Of a stretch of DNA of 64,000 bases, positions 9,126 through 17,637 are shown one piece after another. The stretch lies in the NCBI GenBank assembly GCA_018970175.1, contig JAGWWV010000001.1, forward strand, positions 29,605 to 93,604, read 5' to 3'. This DNA comes from Acidobacteriota bacterium. GTDB lineage: Bacteria; Actinomycetota; Acidimicrobiia; Acidimicrobiales; Ilumatobacteraceae. Each line of letters opens with the position of its first letter. Position 1 is the stretch's first letter. The translations under genes and the position numbers were made by a program. The notes beneath the pieces are model-generated. The model was given only the letters and a program-made list of their open reading frames with translations. It was not told the DNA's origin and ran no database searches.

Positions 9126-10382
9126 CTACGTTCGCCTGGCCGCCCTGCGGGCAAGACCCGCAAACGTAAGAGCGGCGATCAGGATCACGCCGTTGGCGAT
9201 TGTCTGTGCGTACCCCGGAACACCGAGAATGATGAGACCTGAGAACGTGACGGTCATCAGCAACACGCCGATGGCCGTTCCGAGAACGTGGAACTCACCC
9301 TCGCGCAATGTCACTGCCCCGAGGAAGCACGCGGTGTAGGCCTGGAGAAGATACGAGCCCTGGTTACCGACCAATGTGACGGCCGAACCGGTGCGACCCG
9401 CGGCAAGCACGACTCCGGCGATCGCGGCAATGACCGCGCACATCATGAAGGCCGCGAGCCGGTAGCGCTTCACATCGATACCGGCAAGACGCGACGCCTC
9501 GGGATTTCCGCCCACCGCGTCCATGCGACGGCCCGCTTCGGTCTGGCGCAGAAAGAACGAGATCCCGAACAAGATGACGGCCGCGGTCACGGCGATGATG
9601 GGCAGGCTCAGCCCGCCGAGATCGAGGTTGAAGGTGCGGCCTCCGACACTGACATCCCAGCCCCAGCTTTCAGGTGCCTTCCATCCAAAGAGAGTTCCCT
9701 GCGCGGTGTCAGTGACGTTCTTCGGCAGGGCAACCGACCGGCCGTCGGTGAGCCTAATGAGGTAGCCCTCGATGATTCCCGCAAGACCAAGGGTGCCGAT
9801 GAACGCACTGACGCCGAAGTACGACACAACGATGCCGTTGATGAGGCCCGCCAGCAGTCCGAAGAATGCAGCCGCAACGAAAGCAAAGAGGAACGTGTCC
9901 TGCCAATCAGCAGGTACAACGGCACCACCGCCGATGTCGGTGAAGGGAATAGTGGGCCACGTGACGACGTACTGCCCACTGAGGAAGAGGGCAAAGATTC
10001 CCCCGCCGAGCGTCAGCGCTGCCGCAATCGAGAGGTCGAATTCGCCCAGGATCAGGGCAATCGTCAGACCGCTCGCGAGGATCGCGAGCACGGCCGACTG
10101 ACGCAACAGCAACGTGAGGTTGTTTCCCGAGAGGAATCTCTGCTCACCCAGGCGGATTTCGCACAGAATCGTGAAGGCGACAACGAGGACGAGAAGAAAG
10201 ACGATCGTTCCGTAACGCGCCGCAAAGGCCATTCCCTTCGAGCCTGACGTCGAGCTTCCGCCGCCGATCTCCCGTCGACCAGGGATGATCCCCCCGACGG
10301 CAGAGCGAATTTTCGCAACTGCTGAACCCATGAGTCCCCCTCCGAGCCCCTCCAGTATCTCCCAAATTTTGGGGGTAGTCAA
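9126..10382 (-). CDS. sugar ABC transporter permease (RbsC/branched-chain type)
   Basis: The product is multi-span hydrophobic with the monosaccharide-permease style GGNPEASRLAGIDVKR motif. The N-terminal ~50 aa are non-membrane, so the true start may be an internal ATG (10331 or 10232). Confidence 0.8.
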   Translation of the reverse strand: MTTPKIWEILEGLGGGLMGSAVAKIRSAVGGIIPGRREIGGGSSTSGSKGMAFAARYGTIVFLLVLVVAFTILCEIRLGEQRFLSGNNLTLLLRQSAVLAILASGLTIALILGEFDLSIAAALTLGGGIFALFLSGQYVVTWPTIPFTDIGGGAVVPADWQDTFLFAFVAAAFFGLLAGLINGIVVSYFGVSAFIGTLGLAGIIEGYLIRLTDGRSVALPKNVTDTAQGTLFGWKAPESWGWDVSVGGRTFNLDLGGLSLPIIAVTAAVILFGISFFLRQTEAGRRMDAVGGNPEASRLAGIDVKRYRLAAFMMCAVIAAIAGVVLAAGRTGSAVTLVGNQGSYLLQAYTACFLGAVTLREGEFHVLGTAIGVLLMTVTFSGLIILGVPGYAQTIANGVILIAALTFAGLARRAARRT

Positions 10383-10399
10383 CCCACCGTTGGGTTAAC
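10378..10399. promoter_or_regulatory. candidate operator palindrome between the divergent ABC transporter genes
   Basis: GTCAACCCA-ccgt-TGGGTTAAC has 9-nt arms with 8/9 complementary positions (the inner 6 are perfect). It sits between the permease and ATPase genes. Confidence 0.35.
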
Positions 10400-10434
10400 T
10401 ATGGTGGAGACGTTCGCCGAAGGGGGGTTCGCGG

Positions 10435-11955
10435 ATGGCTGACACGCCAGGGTTCGTCGTTGAGATTTCAGGACTGTCGAAACGGTTTCCCGGGGTTCAG
10501 GCGCTGAACGACGCGTGGATCAAGATCCGACCCGGCGAAATCCATGGACTCGTTGGCGAAAACGGCGCCGGCAAGTCGACGCTCATCAAGATCCTCGCAG
10601 GCGCGCAACGCGGCGACGCCGGAACGATTCTCATCAACGGGGAGTCCGTCGATCTGTTGAGCGAGCGCGATGCAAGTCGACTCGAGCTGCACTTCATCCA
10701 CCAAGACGCCGCGCTCGTCGAACGCTTGAGCGTCGCCGAGAATCTCTTCCTCGGCAAGGACCTCCCCCGTCGCGGTCTCCGGGTTGATTGGAATGCCCTT
10801 GCCGAAGAGTCAGCTCGCATTCTTCGTGACTTCGTGGATGTCGACCCGACGGCGCCCGTGAAATCGCTGACCGTCGCAGAACGATGGATGGTGTCGATCG
10901 CCCGTGCGTGCGCGGGCCAACCCCGCCTTGTGGTGATGGACGAGCCCACCGTCGCGCTCGCCGACAGCGAAGTTGTGAAGGTTTTCGCCGCAGCCCGCCG
11001 CCTGAAGGAACGCGGTGTGGCCGTGTTGTTCGTCTCGCACCGACTCGGCGAGGTCCTCAAGATCACCGATCGCGTCACGGTGATGAAGGACGGCGAGACG
11101 GTTGGCGAAATCGATCGCAAAGACCTCACACGCGATCGACTAATCGAAGCCATCACAGGTAAATCCGTCGACAACGTCCGAGTGACCACCGGTAATGCAC
11201 GCGCTGAGGCAGCGCCGATGCTGTCAGTGGAGGGACTCGAAGGTGGCCCCCTGAAGGACGTCTCGTTCGACGTGAAGCCGGGCGAGATTCTCGGCCTCGG
11301 CGGACTCGTCGGATCGGGCCGCACGTCGATTCTCCTCAACATCTTCGGACAGTTGAAACCGACCGCGGGCACGATCGTTCTCGATGGTCGAGAAGTGACG
11401 TTCCGATCCCCCGCGGACGCAATCAGAAACGGTCTTGCACTCATTCCCGAAGATCGCCGTTCGACGGGCATCTATCCGATGCGAACGATTCGCGAGAACA
11501 CCGTGCTCGCCCACCTGCGCCAATTCAGACGCCACCCTCGCCTACCGCTTCCCAATCGCGGGCAGGAAGTCGACCAGACGAACCACCAGATCGAACGTCT
11601 CCGCGTAGTCACGACCGGCCACGACCAACGCATCGGTCAACTCTCCGGCGGCAACCAGCAAAAGGTCCTGCTTGCGCGCTGGCTGGTGGGCCGCGACACG
11701 AAAGTGCTGTTGCTCGACGAACCGACGAAAGGCGTCGATGTCGGTGCCCGCGGCGAGATTCTCCGCCAAGTGGCGGAACTCGCGGCAGAAGGTGTCGCCG
11801 TGATCATCGCGTCGTCCGACCTCGACGAAGTTGCCCAGGTCGCGCACCGTGTCGTCGTGCTGCGCGAAGGCAGGGTCGTCGGACAACTCGAACAACCGAT
11901 CACCGAAGCCGACATCCTCCGCGGCTGCTACGGCCACGACGATGCGACGGTCTGA
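10435..11955 (+). CDS. sugar ABC transporter ATP-binding protein (duplicated ATPase, RbsA/MglA type)
   Basis: Walker A GENGAGKST is present in the first half. The signature LSGGNQQK and Walker B LLLDEPT in the second half mark two fused ABC cassettes. Confidence 0.9.
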   Translation: MADTPGFVVEISGLSKRFPGVQALNDAWIKIRPGEIHGLVGENGAGKSTLIKILAGAQRGDAGTILINGESVDLLSERDASRLELHFIHQDAALVERLSVAENLFLGKDLPRRGLRVDWNALAEESARILRDFVDVDPTAPVKSLTVAERWMVSIARACAGQPRLVVMDEPTVALADSEVVKVFAAARRLKERGVAVLFVSHRLGEVLKITDRVTVMKDGETVGEIDRKDLTRDRLIEAITGKSVDNVRVTTGNARAEAAPMLSVEGLEGGPLKDVSFDVKPGEILGLGGLVGSGRTSILLNIFGQLKPTAGTIVLDGREVTFRSPADAIRNGLALIPEDRRSTGIYPMRTIRENTVLAHLRQFRRHPRLPLPNRGQEVDQTNHQIERLRVVTTGHDQRIGQLSGGNQQKVLLARWLVGRDTKVLLLDEPTKGVDVGARGEILRQVAELAAEGVAVIIASSDLDEVAQVAHRVVVLREGRVVGQLEQPITEADILRGCYGHDDATV

Positions 11956-12075
11956 ACCATGAAGAAAGAGTCTTTTCCATCTCGCCCGCCGGTGCACGGC
12001 TGACGAGTGAAGAAAGAAGGCGGCGAAAGCCGCACCAACCCAACAAACACCAAACCGAATCCCGAAGGGGGAACA

Positions 12076-13197
12076 GTGAAGAGAATGAGGAGCAAGGCCG
12101 TTGCGCTTGCGGTCGTTCTCGCCACCGCAGGCGCTCTCGCAGCCTGTGGCGACGACAGCGACAGCACCAGCACGGACACGGCCGCAGCGGAAGAAACTGC
12201 GGCAACCGAAGACACGATGGCAGCAACCGAAGACACGGTTGCGGCTGAAGAGGCCGCACCCGCGGAAGCCGCCGGAGCCGACCTGTCGGCCCTCAGCGGC
12301 AAGACCATCGGCATCATTTCCTTGGCACCGGGCCTCGAGCCCGTCGACCGCCTGCAAGCAGGTGTCGTCGAGTGTGCCGAAGCCAACGGTGGATCCACCC
12401 AGGTCTTCGACGCCAAGGGCGGCACCGAAGCCGTTCAGGCCTTCGAGCAGGCGAACAACGCCGGCGTCGATGCCATCTACAACGTTGCGAACGACATTGG
12501 CAACGGTTCGCTTGACGCCGCACTGAAGGCCGCCGGAGACGCAGGTCGTCCGGTTGTCACCGTGTGGGGTGGCCAGCGCACCGGTTCGTACTCGATCACG
12601 GGTCTCGAGTTCCAGAGCGCAGCGCGCGTTGGACAGTACGTGATCGATCGCATCGCAGCGGAGAACGGTGGAACAGCAGCCGGTGACGTCCTCATCGTCA
12701 ACGCACGCGTGACGCCGAGCCTCCGCCAGCGCGCCGACGCCTTCAAGGCGATGACCGGCGAAGGCAGCGAATACCCGGACATCAAGGTGACCGAGGTTGA
12801 AGTCGACCTCGCCAACGCGGTGGCCGATGCCCAGGCAAAGGTCGAGCAGGCCTTCCAGGCGAACCCCGACATCAAGGCCGTCTACGCCAGCTTCGACAGC
12901 CTCGGCCAGGGTGCTGCTGCAGCAGTCGACGGTCTTGGCAACAAGGCGTTCGTCGTGTCGTTCAACGGTGACTCGTCGGCACTCGACATGATCCGCGCAG
13001 GCAAGAGCTTTGCTGCAACCGCAGCGAACGACCTCGAAGGCACCGCCTCGTTGGGTTGCGAGCTCCTCGCCAAGCTGCTCGCCGGCGAGACGCCCGACGC
13101 AACCACGTACTGGATGGACAGCCCGCTCGTGACGAACAAGAACGTTCCTGCGAGTGGCTTCGCCACCGGCCCGGGTTCGTTCACCCTGTTCAACTAA
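12076..13197 (+). CDS. second sugar ABC transporter substrate-binding lipoprotein
   Basis: The start is the GTG at 12076 (or the ATG at 12085) after GAAGGGGGA. The lipobox is LAAC-G, followed by a D/S/T/A/E-rich linker and a periplasmic-binding-protein body similar in layout to 7888..9024. Confidence 0.8.
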   Translation: MKRMRSKAVALAVVLATAGALAACGDDSDSTSTDTAAAEETAATEDTMAATEDTVAAEEAAPAEAAGADLSALSGKTIGIISLAPGLEPVDRLQAGVVECAEANGGSTQVFDAKGGTEAVQAFEQANNAGVDAIYNVANDIGNGSLDAALKAAGDAGRPVVTVWGGQRTGSYSITGLEFQSAARVGQYVIDRIAAENGGTAAGDVLIVNARVTPSLRQRADAFKAMTGEGSEYPDIKVTEVEVDLANAVADAQAKVEQAFQANPDIKAVYASFDSLGQGAAAAVDGLGNKAFVVSFNGDSSALDMIRAGKSFAATAANDLEGTASLGCELLAKLLAGETPDATTYWMDSPLVTNKNVPASGFATGPGSFTLFN

Positions 13198-13211
13198 ATC
13201 ACCTGTCTGCA

Positions 13212-13242
13212 AGGGCGGGGTCGACTCGGTCGGCCCCGCCCT
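13212..13242 (+). terminator. stem-loop terminator candidate after the binding-protein gene
   Basis: AGGGCGGGG-(13 nt)-CCCCGCCCT forms a perfect 9-bp GC-rich stem 15 nt after the stop codon. The U-tract is weak (tctgcatttcc). Confidence 0.5.
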
Positions 13243-13305
13243 TCTGCATTTCCGACATCGGATGAGAAAAACAAACTCATCTATTCACGACAAAAGGAGA
13301 CACAC

Positions 13306-14058
13306 ATGACAACGAAACGGTTCGACGGAATGGTCGCCGTCATCACCGGTGCCCATCAAGGAATTGGTCGCGGCGTCGCGGAACGTCTGGGTACCGAGGG
13401 AGCGCACGTCATCTGCCTCGACCTGAAGGATTGCAGCGAAACGGTCGCGGCAATCAACGCAGCGGGTGGCAGCGCCGAGCGGGCGACGATGGACGTCACC
13501 GATCTCGCCCAGTGGAAAACAGAGATCAGCCGGATCGACGCCAAGCACGGGAAGATCGACGTGCTCGGAAACATCGCAGGTGTCGTTGCAACGACGGCCG
13601 ACACCGCGGTCGACCTCGAACAAGCACAGTGGGACCGCATGATCGCCCACGATCTCACCTCGGTTTGGTACGGAATGAAAACCGTCCTGCCCGTGATGAT
13701 CCGCGGCGGCTTCGGCCGGGTTCTGAACATCGCATCGCTCGCCGCTCTCCGGGGTCTGCCGAATCTGTTCTCGTACAGTGCGGCAAAGGCCGGCGTCACC
13801 GGAATGACCCGTCAGGCCGCAGTCGAGTACGCAGGCACGGGCGTGACGGTGAATGCAATCGCACCCGGCACGATCAACACGCCGATCCTCCAGGACATCA
13901 CGCCCGACATGCTCGATCAGTTCGCGGCAGCGCACGCCATCAAGCGTCTCGGAACACCGCGGGACATCGGCGCGATGGCCGCCTACCTGTGCTCCCCCGA
14001 GGCCGACTTCATCACCGGCATGACCTACCCGGTCGATGGCGGCTGGTCGATCGTCTGA
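13306..14058 (+). CDS. SDR-family oxidoreductase
   Basis: An AAGGAG RBS precedes the start. The product has VAVITGAHQGIGRG, the YSAAKAG catalytic motif and NAIAPGTINTP. Confidence 0.9.
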   Translation: MTTKRFDGMVAVITGAHQGIGRGVAERLGTEGAHVICLDLKDCSETVAAINAAGGSAERATMDVTDLAQWKTEISRIDAKHGKIDVLGNIAGVVATTADTAVDLEQAQWDRMIAHDLTSVWYGMKTVLPVMIRGGFGRVLNIASLAALRGLPNLFSYSAAKAGVTGMTRQAAVEYAGTGVTVNAIAPGTINTPILQDITPDMLDQFAAAHAIKRLGTPRDIGAMAAYLCSPEADFITGMTYPVDGGWSIV

Positions 14059-14085
14059 CGACGAGACACGTTGTACAAGAAAAGA

Positions 14086-14117
14086 AGAGGGGGAGGCGGT
14101 GAACCGCCTCCCCCTCT
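14086..14117. terminator. bidirectional hairpin terminator between convergent genes
   Basis: AGAGGGGGAGGCGG-tgaa-CCGCCTCCCCCTCT forms a perfect 14-bp stem with a 4-nt loop. It is flanked by A-run/T-run (aaaga...ctttc) and lies between the stops at 14058 (+) and 14142 (-). Confidence 0.7.
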
Positions 14118-14141
14118 TTCGAAACTTGCGGTGTCGATGCC

Positions 14142-14687
14142 TCAGCTGAAGGCGTTGATACCACTCGTGAAGTCGTACTTGTAGGTCGGGTCACCGGTGA
14201 TGGTGCCGTCCTTGTGCACGATGTGGGTCGACTTGCTACCCCACGTGATGAAGTCGCTGACCGTGAGGTCACCGATGCGCTCGGAGCGCGGGTCGGGCTC
14301 GGCGTGGTTCTGGAGAAGGACTTCGCTGTCGCTCTCGAAGATTCCCACCGACTCGAAGCCCTCCGGGCAGTCGCTGAACGGCGTGTGGAACGAACCGGCA
14401 GCCTCGTACGAGAACATGCCCTTCATGATCCGGCTCTCCTCGGGCTTCTCAGCCTCGCGGTATCCGAACCAACCTTTGACCGTCCATGCCATCGCGCGAC
14501 AGATGTGGAAGTGCGACGGGAAGTCCGGTGCACCTGGATCCATCTTGAAGCCGAAGGCCACGGTGTTGGTCGGAGCGTGAACCGTCAGGACCTTGAAATA
14601 GGAACCCGGAGCCACTTCCACCCACTCCAGATCGTTCATCTGAACGTCCGCAGTGATCTTTTCCATTGTTGCCAAATTGAGACCCAT
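14142..14687 (-). CDS. hypothetical protein, possibly cupin-fold
   Basis: The 181-aa ORF has coding-like third-position GC. The spacing of FPSHFH ... GWFGY ... AAGSFHTP is reminiscent of cupin His ligands. The function is not recognised. Confidence 0.5.
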   Translation of the reverse strand: MGLNLATMEKITADVQMNDLEWVEVAPGSYFKVLTVHAPTNTVAFGFKMDPGAPDFPSHFHICRAMAWTVKGWFGYREAEKPEESRIMKGMFSYEAAGSFHTPFSDCPEGFESVGIFESDSEVLLQNHAEPDPRSERIGDLTVSDFITWGSKSTHIVHKDGTITGDPTYKYDFTSGINAFS

Positions 14688-14779
14688 ATTCCCCCCAGTG
14701 TTTGTCGGTTACGTGGTCTGTGTGACGAAACGCACGATACCACAACAAGCGTTTGGTTATCAAGGGGCGAAGGCCGCAG

Positions 14780-16351
14780 TCAGTTGCCGGCGACCCGGCG
14801 CTCCTGCCCCGCCCAGAAAGGCTCGCGCAGCACCTTGCGCTGCACCTTGCCCACCGGACTCTTCGGCAACGGCTCGGTCTGGAAGAACACTTCGGCGGGC
14901 TTCTTGTACGAGCCAAGAACGCGGGAACACAGTTCCTTGATCTCGTCGGCGGACACCTTCGCGCCCTGCGCGGTCACGCACATCGCCGCCGGGCTCTCAC
15001 CCCAGCGCTCGTGGGGAATCGCAAAGACGGCGACCTCGATCACCTCGGGGTGTCCGAGGATGGCGTTCTCCAACTCGGCCGGCCAGATGTTGAAACCGCC
15101 GGAGATGATCATGTCGTCCTTGCGGTCGAGGACGTAGAGGTAGCCGTTTTCGTCGAGCTTGCCGATGTCGCCGGTGAGGACGAAGCCGTCGCCGGACATG
15201 CGTTCCTTCGTTGCAGCGTCGTTCTCCCAGAAGCCCAACATCTGACCGTCACAACGAATGGCGATCTCACCTTCTTCGCCGAGCGGCAGGGAGACCGAAC
15301 AGTCATCGGGGTCCCTGATTTCGAGATAGGCGAACGGCAGCGCTCGCCCGGCGGAACGCAGAGGATTCGACCCGGGCACGTCGGAGAACCACTCCTTCGG
15401 ACCCATCATGCACACCGGCAACGCCTCGGTTTGGCCGTAGCCCTGGTACAGCACGTCGCCGAACACCTCGCGAGCCAGCAACGCGGTGTCGTCTGCGATC
15501 GGTGCACCACCGATTTGGATGACCTTCAGTGCGGAGAAGTCGAGCTCGCGTGCCAGCGGATCGCGCGCCACCGCATTCAGCATTGCGGGAACCATGAACA
15601 TGAACGACACGCGCTCGCCTGCCATCAACTGCAGGGTCTCTTTTGCGTCGAAGTGGTCGAGCAAGAGGTTGGTTCCACCCGACAGCCACGTGGGTGTGTA
15701 GAGATAACCACTGCCGTGCGAGATCGGACCGACGTGCATGCACACTTCGCCCGCATCCATCGGTGGGAAGTTGTAGAACCAGTCCCGTCCGGCCGCCAGC
15801 CACGAACGGTGGCTGTAGGCAACGCCCTTCGGCTTGCCGGTCGTACCACCCGTGTGGCGGATGATGTACCAGTCGTCGGGTTCGATCTCGATCATCGGAT
15901 CGTCGGCCGAAAACGCAGCCAGCCACTTCTCGTAGCCCGCGTCGCGAACCACCACATGCTCGAGATCGGCAAGCTTCGAGGTCATGCCATCCATGTCGCT
16001 GCGGTATTTGTCGGCAACGACGACCGCCCGACAACCCGTATGGCCGAGCATGTGCTCGTGACTCTCGATCGAATTCCGTGCGTAGAGAGGCACGCGAACG
16101 AGGCCCGCGATTGCCGTACCGAGGAAGAAGTCCTGGGCGTCGATCGAGTTGTCTTCGAGCACGCCCACACGGTCGCCCGGCTTCAGGCCGAGCGAGAGAA
16201 GCCCGTTCGCCATGCGCGTTCCGCGATCCCATGCTTCGGCGAACGTGAGGGTGCGGTCGCCGTGTTTCACGGCGATGCGCTTGGCGTTGTAACGCGCCGC
16301 CTGGCGCATGAGTCCCGTGACAGTCAGGCCCTTGACTTTTTGGTTCGACAT
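14780..16351 (-). CDS. AMP-dependent acyl-CoA synthetase/ligase
   Basis: It has the AMP-binding motif IIRHTGGTTGKPKGV, plus YGQTE, GDIGKLDENGYLYVLDRKDD and a C-terminal PKSPVGKVQRK. Confidence 0.9.
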   Translation of the reverse strand: MSNQKVKGLTVTGLMRQAARYNAKRIAVKHGDRTLTFAEAWDRGTRMANGLLSLGLKPGDRVGVLEDNSIDAQDFFLGTAIAGLVRVPLYARNSIESHEHMLGHTGCRAVVVADKYRSDMDGMTSKLADLEHVVVRDAGYEKWLAAFSADDPMIEIEPDDWYIIRHTGGTTGKPKGVAYSHRSWLAAGRDWFYNFPPMDAGEVCMHVGPISHGSGYLYTPTWLSGGTNLLLDHFDAKETLQLMAGERVSFMFMVPAMLNAVARDPLARELDFSALKVIQIGGAPIADDTALLAREVFGDVLYQGYGQTEALPVCMMGPKEWFSDVPGSNPLRSAGRALPFAYLEIRDPDDCSVSLPLGEEGEIAIRCDGQMLGFWENDAATKERMSGDGFVLTGDIGKLDENGYLYVLDRKDDMIISGGFNIWPAELENAILGHPEVIEVAVFAIPHERWGESPAAMCVTAQGAKVSADEIKELCSRVLGSYKKPAEVFFQTEPLPKSPVGKVQRKVLREPFWAGQERRVAGN

Positions 16352-16396
16352 CTGCGATTCCTTTCGATTCCTTCGATCACTCGTGTCCGCGGAGGG

Positions 16397-16906
16397 TCAC
16401 GAATCCTTCTTGTCCTTGGCGGCGAGCCGCCGTTCGATCGTGCGGCGCGTCACGCGGGCCAGCATCTCCCTGTCGGATCTGTCTTCGAGAAGCTCGACGA
16501 TTTCATCGTCCGGGCCGTGCACGTAACAGGTCTTGTGAATGCCAAGGTCGACCGGTGCCGACTTCGCACGGAAGCCCGCGCCAACGACACGGGCGTGCAT
16601 CGCGTCAACGTCATCCACCTCGAGAGCGACGTGGGTGACGCCCTTGTCGGCGGGCCGATAGTCGGCCGACAGCGGTCGCCCCATCGGGTTCGCGTAACAC
16701 CACAACTCGACCAACGAGTCACCGGCCGCCAGCATGACGACGCGACCGATCGTGTCGGTCATGCCGACGACGGAGTCAAGACCCGCATGCCTGTCGACAT
16801 CCATGTCCATCACGAGCTCGAGGCCGAGCACGTCGCGATAGAAGCCGAGCGAGCGGTCCATGTCGGTGACACTGATTCCCGTGTGGTTGACCCTCGTGAC
16901 GCCCAT
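16397..16906 (-). CDS. VOC/glyoxalase-family protein
   Basis: From the ATG at 16906 the product reads MGVTRVNHTGISVTDMDRSLGFYRDVLGL... and ...THVALEVDD..., a typical glyoxalase/bleomycin-resistance/dioxygenase fold pattern. The upstream part of the 260-aa ORF is Arg-rich junk. Confidence 0.8.
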   Translation of the reverse strand: MGVTRVNHTGISVTDMDRSLGFYRDVLGLELVMDMDVDRHAGLDSVVGMTDTIGRVVMLAAGDSLVELWCYANPMGRPLSADYRPADKGVTHVALEVDDVDAMHARVVGAGFRAKSAPVDLGIHKTCYVHGPDDEIVELLEDRSDREMLARVTRRTIERRLAAKDKKDS

Positions 16907-16920
16907 TGCCCCCCTGTGCG

Positions 16921-16942
16921 TATAATAACCAAACGGTCGTTT
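16921..16942 (+). promoter_or_regulatory. candidate -10 box and small operator upstream of the TetR gene
   Basis: A perfect TATAAT lies at 16921..16926, 70 nt upstream of the TetR ATG. It is followed by the inverted repeat AAACG-gt-CGTTT (16931..16942) in the divergent VOC/TetR intergenic region. Confidence 0.35.
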
Positions 16943-16995
16943 CATTTCACCTGGCGGCGCGGTGCGCAGTGGGATGATTGCGGAGAGGGGGGAAC

Positions 16996-17628
16996 ATGCC
17001 ACGTCCAAGTCGCTGGAACGACATCGTCGAAGCCGCAGCCGAAGCATTCCGAACGAAGGGCTTCGCGGCGACCTCGCTTGAAGACATCGCCTCCGCGGTC
17101 GGCATCTGGAAGGGCAGCCTTTACCACTACATCGACACGAAGGAAGACCTGCTGTTTGCCGTCGTTCGCGAACCGGCACAGGACATTCTCGTCGGCCTGC
17201 GTGATCTGTCGCAGATGGACCTTCCCCCCACAGAAAAGATCCGACGCGCCACGCGCTCGCACCTCAAGGTCCTCGAAACGAACTTCGTCTACGCATCGGT
17301 TTATCTCCAGGAGATCGCCGGTCGGCGCAGGATGAAGGAGTGGTCGGCGATGGACCGCGAATACCTCGAACTTCTCGAGTCGATCATTCGCGAAGGTGTC
17401 GAAGCCGGCGAATTCGCACCGCTCACGAACCCGCGCATCGCGACTCTCGGCATCATCGGATCGCTGAACTGGCTCACGCACTGGTACCGCCCCGAGGGGC
17501 CCCTTCGTGCCGATGCGATCGCCGACCAGTTCTGTGACATGTTCCTTGCGGGCCTCATCAACCGGTCGAGCTCCGCCGCCTCCGCCAAACCCGCCAAACC
17601 GCGCGCAGCCGCGCGCAAGACCGCCTGA
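16996..17628 (+). CDS. TetR-family transcriptional regulator
   Basis: The ATG at 16996 follows GGAGAGGGGGG. The N-terminal HTH pattern is IVEAAAEAFRTKGFAATSLEDIASAVGIWKGSLYHYIDTKEDLL. Confidence 0.9.
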   Translation: MPRPSRWNDIVEAAAEAFRTKGFAATSLEDIASAVGIWKGSLYHYIDTKEDLLFAVVREPAQDILVGLRDLSQMDLPPTEKIRRATRSHLKVLETNFVYASVYLQEIAGRRRMKEWSAMDREYLELLESIIREGVEAGEFAPLTNPRIATLGIIGSLNWLTHWYRPEGPLRADAIADQFCDMFLAGLINRSSSAASAKPAKPRAAARKTA

Positions 17629-17637
17629 GGGAGCATC

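Noticed and set aside
11542-13212. A 556-aa minus-strand ORF lies opposite the ABC ATPase 3-prime end and the second binding-protein gene.
   Set aside because: The opposite strand encodes proteins with clear ABC and lipoprotein features. The minus-strand product is low-complexity Arg/Gly/Val-rich shadow.
14753-17335. An 860-aa plus-strand ORF spans the acyl-CoA synthetase, VOC and TetR region.
   Set aside because: It is antisense to a gene with clear AMP-binding motifs and runs out of frame across the confidently called TetR gene. Its translation is Arg/Gly/His-rich with no motifs, a typical high-GC shadow ORF.
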